64,000 nucleotides of DNA from Gammaproteobacteria bacterium (lineage in GTDB: Bacteria > Pseudomonadota > Gammaproteobacteria > UBA4575), in NCBI GenBank assembly GCA_965243395.1, contig CBDEUS010000001.1, positions 160,001-224,000 on the forward strand, read 5' to 3'. Positions 41,478 to 51,583 of the stretch are shown here, in pieces (position 1 is the stretch's first letter; each line of letters begins with the position of its first letter). The notes under the pieces were generated by a model, which was not told where the DNA came from, searched no databases, and was given only the letters and a program-made list of their open reading frames with translations. The position numbers and the translations under genes were made by a program.

Positions 41478-41663
41478 AATCGATTACCTCTGAAAGTTTG
41501 TGAGGTGGATATAAGTTAATAAACAAAGCCGTGAGACTGCAAATAAATGCAAAATTACATGGCAGAAAACTGGATTGTTTGGTCATGAAATCCGTCCCTA
41601 AGCTTAATTGTGTGCTTCAAATTATTCGGGCGTTGACTCGACCTAGAAGCTTAAAGGGCGGTC

Positions 41664-41719
41664 ATCGCTTTAGCAGAATTTTTTAGTCGCCCTGCAAGTT
41701 GTTGAATTAAATCAGCGAC
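41664..41719 (-). promoter_or_regulatory. SAM-II-like riboswitch aptamer
   Basis: Minus strand GTCGCT-GATTT-aattcaacaac-TTGCAG-GGCGAC-taaaaaattct-GCTAAAG: P1 stem plus the GAUUU / UUGC / GCUAAA elements of the SAM-II consensus, upstream of metY. Confidence 0.78.
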
Positions 41720-41815
41720 ATAACCAGGAGGTTATTGAGTAAAAATGCTAGGGGTATTTTGAGTTGATGTCAATAACTGGGCCATTAATGGGTAATTATA
41801 TCGTTGCATTTTGTA

Positions 41816-42310
41816 TTATTTTCTCAAGTTCCAAGTAATAAATCTTTGAGAACTGATAATGTCATGCTGGATTAGCCAGTATTTAACTTCTTCTGCGTCA
41901 TCAGTAAACCAGCAAAATGCAGAACCCAGTCGAAAACTATATCCCCAAGCGTCCATATCCTTAAATGCCTGTTGCCGACAATATCCTTCAATGTAGTCGG
42001 CTAACATGATTTGTAGGTAGCAGGTAGCATTTTCTTCTGCATTAGTACCTTGAGCATCCACTTCATTACGTTCACGTTGATTTTGCGACATGCATACGTA
42101 ATGCGCACTTTCATGCAATATTGAGTGTATGGGGGTATCGCCACGTACATATAACGTATTTTTGAGTCTTCCGGCCTCAGGAGCGCCCCAAAAGCTATGC
42201 GGAATCTCTCTGTCAAAATTTAGGCAGTTAATTTTTAAGCCATAGCGCTTTAGGACTGCATTGATTGATTCCGAATTTAGATCTTTGTAATACACCATAT
42301 CAATTTCCAT
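41816..42310 (-). CDS. Conserved hypothetical protein with HExxH motif
   Basis: IPHSFWGAPEAG, LHESAHYVCM, EENATCYLQ, MDAWGYSFRLGS; start uncertain. Confidence 0.7.
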   Translation of the reverse strand: MEIDMVYYKDLNSESINAVLKRYGLKINCLNFDREIPHSFWGAPEAGRLKNTLYVRGDTPIHSILHESAHYVCMSQNQRERNEVDAQGTNAEENATCYLQIMLADYIEGYCRQQAFKDMDAWGYSFRLGSAFCWFTDDAEEVKYWLIQHDIISSQRFITWNLRK

Positions 42311-42446
42311 AGTGAACCCGCCCCACCGCAATAGATGTGCTTAACGCCACGGTTTGTCCAAAAAGAGAGATCCATATTTTACGAAAACTAGGTATACTCA
42401 CCACGCTATTTTTATCCCACTTATCATTCTACGGAGAGAAGCCATT

Positions 42447-42770
42447 ATGCGTTATGTATTACGCAAATCATTATTAATTGGATTGCTTAGCCTGATGGCA
42501 ACGTCTGCAAGTATTGCGGGTGGAAATGTTGAGGCCGGAAAGTATAAAGCGGAAACTTGCTTGGGATGCCATGGGGTGCCTAGTTATACAAACGTTTATC
42601 CTACCTACCGCGTACCTCGCCTTGGCGGGCAACATGCCGAGTATATTGTTGCTGCATTAAAAAGCTATCAAAACGGTGAGCGTAGTCACCCTACGATGCA
42701 AGCTCAAGCCTATGGATTAAGTGAAGAAGATATGGTCGATATCGGTGCATATTTTCAGTCTTTAAAATAA
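42447..42770 (+). CDS. Monohaem cytochrome c (c4/c553-like)
   Basis: GGAG RBS, signal peptide, CLGCHG, PRLGGQH, HPTM. Confidence 0.9.
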   Translation: MRYVLRKSLLIGLLSLMATSASIAGGNVEAGKYKAETCLGCHGVPSYTNVYPTYRVPRLGGQHAEYIVAALKSYQNGERSHPTMQAQAYGLSEEDMVDIGAYFQSLK

Positions 42771-42802
42771 ATATTAAGCCTACTAATTTAAATTTATTCA
42801 TT

Positions 42803-43180
42803 ATGAAAAACTTAATTATTAATACGATTCTTCTTCTACTAGTTGTATCTTTAATACCTAGTTTTGCATTCGGAGAAACTGCACATGGTGAATCTAATAC
42901 CGTGGCTAGGAGTGGTGAAGAAGTAGCAAAGCAGTGTGTGTCTTGTCATGCAGAAGATGGTAATAGTATTGCACCAAATTTTCCGCGCTTAGCTGGGCAG
43001 CATGCTGACTACATGTTTCATTCTTTAAAATCGTATAAAAATGGCGATCGCAAAAACGCTATTATGGCTGGTATTGTTGCCGCACTAAGTGAAAAAGAAA
43101 TGAAAAATGTTTCTGAATATTATGCAAATATGGATGGCGGTCTTTCGGTAATCAATATCGATGACGAATCAAGTTTCTAA
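42803..43180 (+). CDS. Monohaem cytochrome c (c4/c553-like)
   Basis: Signal peptide, CVSCH, FPRLAGQH, RKNAIM. Confidence 0.9.
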   Translation: MKNLIINTILLLLVVSLIPSFAFGETAHGESNTVARSGEEVAKQCVSCHAEDGNSIAPNFPRLAGQHADYMFHSLKSYKNGDRKNAIMAGIVAALSEKEMKNVSEYYANMDGGLSVINIDDESSF

Positions 43181-43196
43181 AGAAACCAGATAAAAA

Positions 43197-43439
43197 TTAC
43201 TTTTCCTGTTGTTCCCATTCTTCAGGAGTAAATGCCTTAATACTTAGTGCATGTAATTCTCCGCTGGCAATTTGTGTTTTTACCGTGGCATATACCATTT
43301 GATGTTCCTTCACCATACTTAGCTTATCGAAGCTATCGCTAATAACAATTGCCTCATATTTGCCTTCGCCGCCGCTTACCATAGCCTTAGAGTTGGGTAA
43401 GCCAGCTTCAATTAGTTTTTCTATTTCGTCTGTAGTCAT
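43197..43439 (-). CDS. BolA/IbaG family protein
   Basis: F..LSMVKEHQMVY...GELHALSIKAFTPEEW. Confidence 0.85.
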   Translation of the reverse strand: MTTDEIEKLIEAGLPNSKAMVSGGEGKYEAIVISDSFDKLSMVKEHQMVYATVKTQIASGELHALSIKAFTPEEWEQQEK

Positions 43440-43499
43440 AATGATGATTATCTACTAGGTACTAAATCACGCTATATCGCTTAGGCCATATAAGACTGA

Positions 43500-44609
43500 T
43501 TAAGTAATGTCATTCGCTTCAATAAGAGCGACTAATTCATCTCCAATAAGATCTTTTTTCCAGCTGGATAGAATATCAAGCTCACGTTTACCACGAATGA
43601 GTTTTTCAACCACACTTCGAGTAGCAAGTAGACTGGGTGAAATATTCAATTCCTCGGCGCGTTCGCGTACAAAACTCTGAGCTACTTTAACCAGTTTACG
43701 CTGAGCACTATTTAGAGGCCCAATAGTGCTTACTGCGGGCCAATCATGTTCTGGAATCTTTAGTGCGGCTTTGATTTCTAAAATTAATGATTCAGCATAG
43801 ATGAAATGTTCTTCTGAAATATTTTCTAAAGCTGTAAATGAACTAATATCCGTTGGTTGTTCTATAGCTAATATACGTAAAACTTTATCACTAAGAACCC
43901 ATCGGCGGGGTTTGTTCTCAGTCATAGCTTGTTCTTCACGCCATTTAGCGAGTTGTTTTAAGATATTTAATTGATTAGAAGTTAGTTTTCCTGCGCCTTT
44001 AATTGTTTTCCAGACTTTATCGGTATTTATTTTATATTTTCCAATTGAAGCTAAATTATTACATTCAAAATCTGCCCAATGGCTGCGACCATTTTCGCCC
44101 AATTCAGTTTTTAAAAACTGATAAATTTCGGCTAAATATTTAACGTCATCAATAGCATATTTGAGCTCTTTATTTGATAACGGTCTGCGTTCCCAGTTTG
44201 TTCGCGAAAGAGATTTATCAAGTTCAATACTGCATATTTCATTCACTAATTGCGCATAGCTTACTTGTTCTCCATAACCCAATAAGCTGGCAGCAATTTG
44301 AGTATCAAACATTGGAGTAGGTACTACATCAAATAAGTTAACAAATATCTCGAGGTCTTGACTAGCAGAATGAAAAATTTTAGTAATAGAGGTTTGATAT
44401 AGTAATTTTTTCAATGATGATAAATCATTAATTGCAAGGGTATCTATGCATACTAGATCATGTTCTGACGCAATTTGTATTAAACATAAGTTTGGATAGA
44501 ACGTCTTTTCACGTATAAACTCTGTATCCAGTGCAAGCCAATCTGCATTAGAGGATGCTGAACAGAACTTATCTAAATCTTTAGAAGATGTGATTAATTT
44601 AAATTCCAT
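43500..44609 (-). CDS. rnd: Ribonuclease D
   Basis: LDTEFIREKTFYP.LCLIQ, FHSASQDLE, DTQIAA, YAIDDV; HRDC domain. Confidence 0.93.
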   Translation of the reverse strand: MEFKLITSSKDLDKFCSASSNADWLALDTEFIREKTFYPNLCLIQIASEHDLVCIDTLAINDLSSLKKLLYQTSITKIFHSASQDLEIFVNLFDVVPTPMFDTQIAASLLGYGEQVSYAQLVNEICSIELDKSLSRTNWERRPLSNKELKYAIDDVKYLAEIYQFLKTELGENGRSHWADFECNNLASIGKYKINTDKVWKTIKGAGKLTSNQLNILKQLAKWREEQAMTENKPRRWVLSDKVLRILAIEQPTDISSFTALENISEEHFIYAESLILEIKAALKIPEHDWPAVSTIGPLNSAQRKLVKVAQSFVRERAEELNISPSLLATRSVVEKLIRGKRELDILSSWKKDLIGDELVALIEANDIT

Positions 44610-44622
44610 AATTATAAGTTGC

Positions 44623-45588
44623 GTGAATTCCCTACGAGTTCACAAGGCTATCTATTATTTGATTTTGTATTTTGCTCTTCCACAAAATAGTGTAACAGCT
44701 GAGGAATCAAGAAAGGAATGGCTAGCGCCCTATTTGCAGGAGCATTCGTTGGTTGGCAAAGTTTGGGATACTCATAAAAAGGACTGGATCAGTGAGAAAA
44801 AATTCTATAAAGAGCTGGCTTATTATGATTATATTCTTTTAGGTGAAGTACATAACCATCCAGATCACCATGTTTTGCAGGCAAAGCTATTAGATGTTTT
44901 GGCAAGCTCAGGTATAAAACCCAGTGTAGTGATGGAAATGTTGACCATTGAAAGTTGGCAGGATCAACCATCCACCTGGGGAAAAACCGAAGAACTACAA
45001 GAACTCGCAAGCATGATAAATGATGGCTGGCCATGGGAATTGTATAAACCTGTATTAAGTTCGATTGTCCGACACAAGCTTCACTTATATGCAGGAAATA
45101 TTAGTAGTGATGAATTGCGAAAACGTTCGTACGAAAATTCATTTTTTGATTACCCTTATGCTGAAAAGAATTATTCTTATACAAAAGAAAACTTTGAGAC
45201 ATTAAAAAAAGATATTATTGACTCTCATTGTGGGTATGCGAATGAAGGGTTGGTAAAATTCATGTCACGTGCGCAAATGCAACGTGATCACATCATGGTG
45301 AGTGCACTGCTGGATAAGAATCGACCTGTTGTTTTAATTGCAGGTAAGGGGCATGTAAGAAATGATTATGCAGTTCCTATGCAGCTTAGAAGAAATTTTA
45401 GGCAAACATCTTATTTATCCGTTGCATACATTCCTGTTCAGGAGGACAAGCATGATCCACAAGAATATTCGCAGGGCAATGAAGATTTATATGACATTCT
45501 ATATTTCACCCCTAGTCATACTACAGAAGATCCATGTGTGAAATTTCGTAAACAGTTGCAAAACATGCGTCAACGTCAAGATCTGTGA
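44623..45588 (+). CDS. ChaN/PhuW-like (EreA/ChaN fold) periplasmic protein
   Basis: LLGEVHNHPDHH.LQ, VMEML, WPWELY.P, AQMQRD..M, IAGKGHVR motifs; start uncertain. Confidence 0.75.
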   Translation: MNSLRVHKAIYYLILYFALPQNSVTAEESRKEWLAPYLQEHSLVGKVWDTHKKDWISEKKFYKELAYYDYILLGEVHNHPDHHVLQAKLLDVLASSGIKPSVVMEMLTIESWQDQPSTWGKTEELQELASMINDGWPWELYKPVLSSIVRHKLHLYAGNISSDELRKRSYENSFFDYPYAEKNYSYTKENFETLKKDIIDSHCGYANEGLVKFMSRAQMQRDHIMVSALLDKNRPVVLIAGKGHVRNDYAVPMQLRRNFRQTSYLSVAYIPVQEDKHDPQEYSQGNEDLYDILYFTPSHTTEDPCVKFRKQLQNMRQRQDL

Positions 45589-45690
45589 GCGTTATTGACC
45601 AATAATTTAATGCACTTGCTTGCAGTAGATGGGTTATGTGCGACAATATCGTATAGAAATATGCTCACCTTACATTTAATAGGATATTAA

Positions 45691-47109
45691 ATGCTCATAG
45701 GGCCCGATGCTAATTTAAAAGCAAGAATAAAAAGTCTTCGCAATCATATTACAAATGAAAATCCTCTACTGGTGGATGTGGTGGACCATTTTTGTGAATT
45801 GGACAAGATTGCTTATAAACTTGGCGTTCTTACAAATAAAGAGTCTTACACTACCGACATATCATGGTGGCCGCTAATTTCTGTGTTAGGGACATTTTCA
45901 GCGGGCAAGTCGACCTTTATCAATCACTATGTGCAAACCGATTTGCAAAAAACGGGTAACCAGGCGGTCGATGATAAATTTACAGTTATATGTTTTAGCA
46001 GTGATGACAAAATAAGAGTCTTGCCCGGATTAGCGTTAGATGCAGATCCTCGTTTTCCGTTTTATCAAATCAGTGAAGAAATTGAAAAAGTATCAACGGG
46101 TGAAGGTTCTCGTATCGATACTTATTTGCAGTTAAAAACCTGTCCATCTGATTTAATTAAAGGAAAAATTTTTATTGATTCTCCAGGTTTTGATGCAGAT
46201 GCACAACGAACTTCAACATTACGAATTACAGATCACATCATAAACCTCTCTGATTTGGTTTTAGTATTGTTTGATGCACGTCATCCAGAACCAGGTGCTA
46301 TGCGCGATACGTTAGAACATCTTGTTGCAGGTACAGTGCGTCGTAATGACTCTAATAAAGTGCTATTTATTCTCAATCAAATTGATACTACTGCTGCAGA
46401 AGACAATGCAGAAGAAGTTGTAGCAGCATGGCAACGTGCGCTCGCTTCTGGGGGATTGGTAAGTGGACGTTTTTACTCAACCTATAATGAAGAAGCGGCC
46501 GTAAAGATAGAAGACAAAGCATTGCAAGAACGTTATCGACGTAAACGCGACAATGACCTGGGTGAAATTTATCAACGTATTTCTGAAGTTAGTGTGGAAC
46601 GTGTTTATCGAATTATTGGCTCACTCGAAAATACTGCAAACCAAATAGAAAATAATCTCGCGCCGCAAATACAAGAAGCGACACGCACATGGGCTAAGCG
46701 AGTCTTGATGATTGATGTGCTAGTTTTGATTCCTATTTTTCTAGCTATGCTTATTTACTTTATTAAACATTTCGGTTCAGGAACGGCTTTTGATAGCTTT
46801 GGAACAACAGGTGTAACGTCAGCCGTAGTTGTTGGGCTGTTGCTGTTATTTTTTATTCATCACTTTATAAGAAATATTGTAAGCAAATGGGTGGCTAAGT
46901 CTTTACCTGAAAGAGAGTTAACCGGAAGCGCAAGAGCAGGTTTTTTACGCAACACAAAATGTTGGCAGCCCTTATGGCGTCCTTTTATTGTCGGTTGGAA
47001 TAAACATACTCGTAAAAAACTTGTTCAAATAAGAGAAGCGGCTGATCGTTTTGTTCAAACACTGAATGATGAATATACCAACCCATCTGGCGAACACAGG
47101 GATATGTGA
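45691..47109 (+). CDS. Dynamin/EHD-like P-loop NTPase with two C-terminal TM helices
   Basis: G1 GTFSAGKST, TGNQAVDDKFT, G3 DSPG, G4-like NQID; two hydrophobic helices near residues 340-395. Confidence 0.8.
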   Translation: MLIGPDANLKARIKSLRNHITNENPLLVDVVDHFCELDKIAYKLGVLTNKESYTTDISWWPLISVLGTFSAGKSTFINHYVQTDLQKTGNQAVDDKFTVICFSSDDKIRVLPGLALDADPRFPFYQISEEIEKVSTGEGSRIDTYLQLKTCPSDLIKGKIFIDSPGFDADAQRTSTLRITDHIINLSDLVLVLFDARHPEPGAMRDTLEHLVAGTVRRNDSNKVLFILNQIDTTAAEDNAEEVVAAWQRALASGGLVSGRFYSTYNEEAAVKIEDKALQERYRRKRDNDLGEIYQRISEVSVERVYRIIGSLENTANQIENNLAPQIQEATRTWAKRVLMIDVLVLIPIFLAMLIYFIKHFGSGTAFDSFGTTGVTSAVVVGLLLLFFIHHFIRNIVSKWVAKSLPERELTGSARAGFLRNTKCWQPLWRPFIVGWNKHTRKKLVQIREAADRFVQTLNDEYTNPSGEHRDM

Positions 47110-47167
47110 GTGCGGGGCGAATCGAGATGATTCTTTGTTATCAATAACGTATAGATTCGAACAATTT

Positions 47168-47650
47168 TTAGAACATTAAGACCTTTTTACTTACTGCCCG
47201 CATCACTAAATAAATCCAGGGCCAAACAATAACGCTGGTAACGACAGGTGCCCAGTAGACCCAAGTTTTAGGGTCTTCACCTAATATTCCTAATATCCAT
47301 AGCGATAAACTCATGTAAGGCAATAAGATCATGCCGATAAACATTGCTTGTTGATGCAATGGATAGACTCGTACGCGTTGATGAAATCGAATGGCTATGT
47401 ATGCTGTGATCGCAAACCCTAAGGCGTGCTGGCCAAGTAGTGCACCTTGAATCACATCTACGCACAATCCTAATATCCAAGCGATGCCCACGCCGACTTT
47501 TTTAGGAATAGTGATATTCCAATAGATGAGAGCTAAAGCAATCCATTCGGGTCTGTAAGGGCGAGCCCAGTCAGGTAAAGGAATGAGCATGAGTATCATC
47601 GCGACAATGAAGGTTGTAATAATAATTAAAAATATTGGTCGGCTATTCAT
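47168..47650 (-). CDS. mreD: Rod shape-determining protein MreD
   Basis: RPEW..L.LIYW, VGVG.AW..GL..D...G..LGQHAL; operon position. Confidence 0.92.
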   Translation of the reverse strand: MNSRPIFLIIITTFIVAMILMLIPLPDWARPYRPEWIALALIYWNITIPKKVGVGIAWILGLCVDVIQGALLGQHALGFAITAYIAIRFHQRVRVYPLHQQAMFIGMILLPYMSLSLWILGILGEDPKTWVYWAPVVTSVIVWPWIYLVMRAVSKKVLMF

Positions 47651-48534
47651 GGATTAATCATTGCGGATTTTTTGTCTACCAAATCACTTTCAGCATTTGA
47701 TTCTGATTTCTGTTCGCCGGGCCAGATGAGTAGTACTTCGCGAATGGTATTAAGTTCTACCAAAGGTTTGGCTTCAACTTTTACAAATGCTTCACCTGAG
47801 ACTTGTTGAATACTGGTGATTTCTGCAATGGGGTAATCGCTTGGATAGCGCCCATCAAGGCCTGATGTAATGACCAAGTCGCCAATTTGTATGTCTGCTG
47901 TGTTGGTTAAATGCAGTAATTCAAGTTTTTGTATATTTCCCGTACCAACCACTAAACTTCTTTGTCTGCTACGCGCTACTTCACCAAGCAAAGCATGATT
48001 TGGGTCTGTCATTAAGATAGCAACTGAGCTAAATGGCCCAGCTTTATCGATTTGACCGATAATACCTTTTGCACCTAGTAATGGTTGTCCTTCGTATACG
48101 CCTTCACGTGTGCCTTTATTGACAACAATTCGTTGTCGATAAGGATCTAAATCGACAGAAAGCAGCTCTCCAATTAATACATGTTCTTTTTTGAAGTACT
48201 TTGCAGAAGAAAGCATTTCGCGCAGGCGATTGTTTTCTTCTTCTAGAGTGGCAAGTTTTTGTAGTCGTAATTCCAAACGAATTTGTTCGGCACGTAATGC
48301 AGCATTATCCCGTAACAATTTATTACGCGACGAGAATGATTCTGTGCTCCAGTTATATACTTTAGCAGGAAGGCTAGCTAAATATTCAATGGGGTACATT
48401 GCCACACTGATGGATTGGCGAACTTTGCGTAAATGATTAAAGTGGTGATCAACCGTCATCATTGCTATCGACAGAATGATGAGCAGGAATAATTTAGCAG
48501 CAACTGATGGACCAAGACTGAAGAGCGGTTTTAT
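47647..48534 (-). CDS. mreC: Rod shape-determining protein MreC (probable ATA start)
   Basis: ENNRLREML, INKG-like VNKG, TSGLDGRYP; GAGGAG RBS then ATA-KPLFSLGPS and a TM helix missing from the ATG-called ORF. Confidence 0.9.
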   Translation of the reverse strand: MKPLFSLGPSVAAKLFLLIILSIAMMTVDHHFNHLRKVRQSISVAMYPIEYLASLPAKVYNWSTESFSSRNKLLRDNAALRAEQIRLELRLQKLATLEEENNRLREMLSSAKYFKKEHVLIGELLSVDLDPYRQRIVVNKGTREGVYEGQPLLGAKGIIGQIDKAGPFSSVAILMTDPNHALLGEVARSRQRSLVVGTGNIQKLELLHLTNTADIQIGDLVITSGLDGRYPSDYPIAEITSIQQVSGEAFVKVEAKPLVELNTIREVLLIWPGEQKSESNAESDLVDKKSAMINP

Positions 48535-48629
48535 AGTGAAATCTCCTCAATAATTAAACAGGTCTTTAATAAAAGCGTAGTAATGATAACGAATTACTCG
48601 TTATCCGTCAGCGTAGTGGGATTTATAGC

Positions 48630-49694
<1,065 letters not shown>

Positions 49695-49806
49695 TTAATT
49701 ATACGAGAGTTAGCGTACTCTATCAGTGGCTAAAATTTTGGGCAAGCCATTAAATGTGCCGCATAAGTGTGGTAGTTTGCCGTTCGTTCATTTATATATA
49801 AGTACT

Positions 49807-50094
49807 ATGTCGATCACACCTGAAGAAGTTCTAAAAATTGCCAACCTGGCGCGTCTGGAAATACAGCCAGATGAAGTTGAGCAATATGCAAAAGATTTAT
49901 CCAATATCATTAATTTGGTTGAGCAAATGAATACGGTGGATACTAAAGATATACAACCGATGGCACACCCTTTGGATGCAACACAGCGATTGCGTGAAGA
50001 TAAAATCAAAGAAGAAAATCAGCGTGAAAAATTTCAAACTATTGCTCCTTCGGCAGACAAAGGTCTTTATTTGGTTCCAAAAGTAATTGAGTAA
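49807..50094 (+). CDS. gatC: Asp/Glu-tRNA amidotransferase subunit C
   Basis: IANLARL...PMAHP...LRED...YLVPKVIE; start ATG 49807. Confidence 0.93.
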   Translation: MSITPEEVLKIANLARLEIQPDEVEQYAKDLSNIINLVEQMNTVDTKDIQPMAHPLDATQRLREDKIKEENQREKFQTIAPSADKGLYLVPKVIE

Positions 50095-50113
50095 ACTCTG
50101 ATTTTATTTTCAC

Positions 50114-51568
50114 ATGCACGATCTTTCTGTTTCACAGCTTGTTGAAGGCTTACGCAATGGCGATTTCTCCAGTGTCGAGTTAACTCAACACTATGTACAG
50201 CGCATGCAAAAGTTTAGTGATTTAAATGCGTTTATTACTGAACTCGGAGAGCGTGCTGTTTTACAAGCAGAGCATGCCGATAAATTAATTAAAGAAAAAA
50301 AACAGGGTCCATTAACAGGGATACCGATTGCCACAAAAGATATTTTTTGTATGTATGGAGTTAAGACTTCTTGCGGATCAAAAATGTTAGATAGTTTTAT
50401 TGCACCTTATGATGCAACAGTGACACATAAAATTGACCAAGCAGGTTGTGTCACATTGGGTAGAACCAATATGGATGAGTTTGCCATGGGTTCTTCTAAT
50501 GAAAGTAGTTATTACGGACCGGTTAAAAATCCATGGAATACAGAATGTGTACCGGGAGGTTCATCGGGTGGTTCGGCTGCTGCAGTTGCTGCACGCATTA
50601 CTCCGCTAGCAACCGGCACTGATACCGGTGGCTCCATTCGGCAACCGGCCGCACTTTGCGGTATTACCGGCTTGAAACCAACGTATGGAAGAGTATCACG
50701 CTACGGCATGATTGCTTATGCTTCAAGTCTTGATCAGGGTGGACCATTTGGTACATCTGCTGAAGATTGCGCGTATTTATTACAAGCGATAGCAGGGTTT
50801 GATGAAAAAGACTCTACCAGCTTGGATAAAGAAGTTCCGGATTATTCTCAATCTTTGAATGATTCGATAAAAGGTAAAGTAATTGGTATTCCGGAAGAAT
50901 ATTTTAGTGAAGGCTTAGGAGCTGGCGTCAAAGAAATTATAGAGTCCGCCATTACTTGGTATGAACAACAAGGTTGTGAAATAAAAAATATCAGTTTACC
51001 AAATACAAGTTTAGCGATACCTGCATACTATGTAATAGCACCTGCAGAATGTTCATCTAATTTATCTCGTTATGATGGTGTGCGCTTTGGTTATCGATGT
51101 GAAGATCCAAAAGATTTGCGTGATCTGTATGATCGAAGCCGTAGTGAAGCGTTTGGAGATGAGGTAAAACGCAGAATTATGATAGGCACTTATGCTTTGT
51201 CAGCGGGGTATTATGATGCATATTATTTAAAAGCTCAGCAAATACGCAGATTAATCAGTGAAGACTTCAAAAAAGCATTTGAACAAGTCGATGTTATTTT
51301 AGGTCCTACAACACCTGAGCCAGCTTTTAAAATCGGCGAAAAAACCAATGATCCTGTCACAATGTATCTGTCCGACATCTATACCATTTCCATTAACCTT
51401 GCGGGTTTGCCTGCGATTTCTCTACCATGTGGCCAACAAGATGGGTTACCAGTTGGCATGCAACTGATAGGGAATTATTTTGAAGAAGGAAAGTTATTGA
51501 ACTTTGCGCATCAATATCAGCAAGATAGTGACTGGCATCAACAAATTCCACCCGGCTTTAGTGAATAG
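50114..51568 (+). CDS. gatA: Asp/Glu-tRNA amidotransferase subunit A
   Basis: Amidase signature [23 protein letters not shown]. Confidence 0.96.
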   Translation: MHDLSVSQLVEGLRNGDFSSVELTQHYVQRMQKFSDLNAFITELGERAVLQAEHADKLIKEKKQGPLTGIPIATKDIFCMYGVKTSCGSKMLDSFIAPYDATVTHKIDQAGCVTLGRTNMDEFAMGSSNESSYYGPVKNPWNTECVPGGSSGGSAAAVAARITPLATGTDTGGSIRQPAALCGITGLKPTYGRVSRYGMIAYASSLDQGGPFGTSAEDCAYLLQAIAGFDEKDSTSLDKEVPDYSQSLNDSIKGKVIGIPEEYFSEGLGAGVKEIIESAITWYEQQGCEIKNISLPNTSLAIPAYYVIAPAECSSNLSRYDGVRFGYRCEDPKDLRDLYDRSRSEAFGDEVKRRIMIGTYALSAGYYDAYYLKAQQIRRLISEDFKKAFEQVDVILGPTTPEPAFKIGEKTNDPVTMYLSDIYTISINLAGLPAISLPCGQQDGLPVGMQLIGNYFEEGKLLNFAHQYQQDSDWHQQIPPGFSE

Positions 51569-51583
51569 GGGTTTTGAATAACG

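Noticed and set aside
41590-41755. 6S RNA or tandem SAM-V riboswitch in the metY upstream region
   Set aside because: The ends can pair, but the typical 6S motifs and the zapA/ygfA context are absent, and no SAM-V consensus was found. A SAM-II aptamer plus leader explains the region better.
48574-48617. Hairpin GATAACGA/TCGTTATC flanked by AGCGTAGT direct repeats between mreB and mreC
   Set aside because: Too short to call an insertion element; most simply an intercistronic stability or attenuation hairpin.
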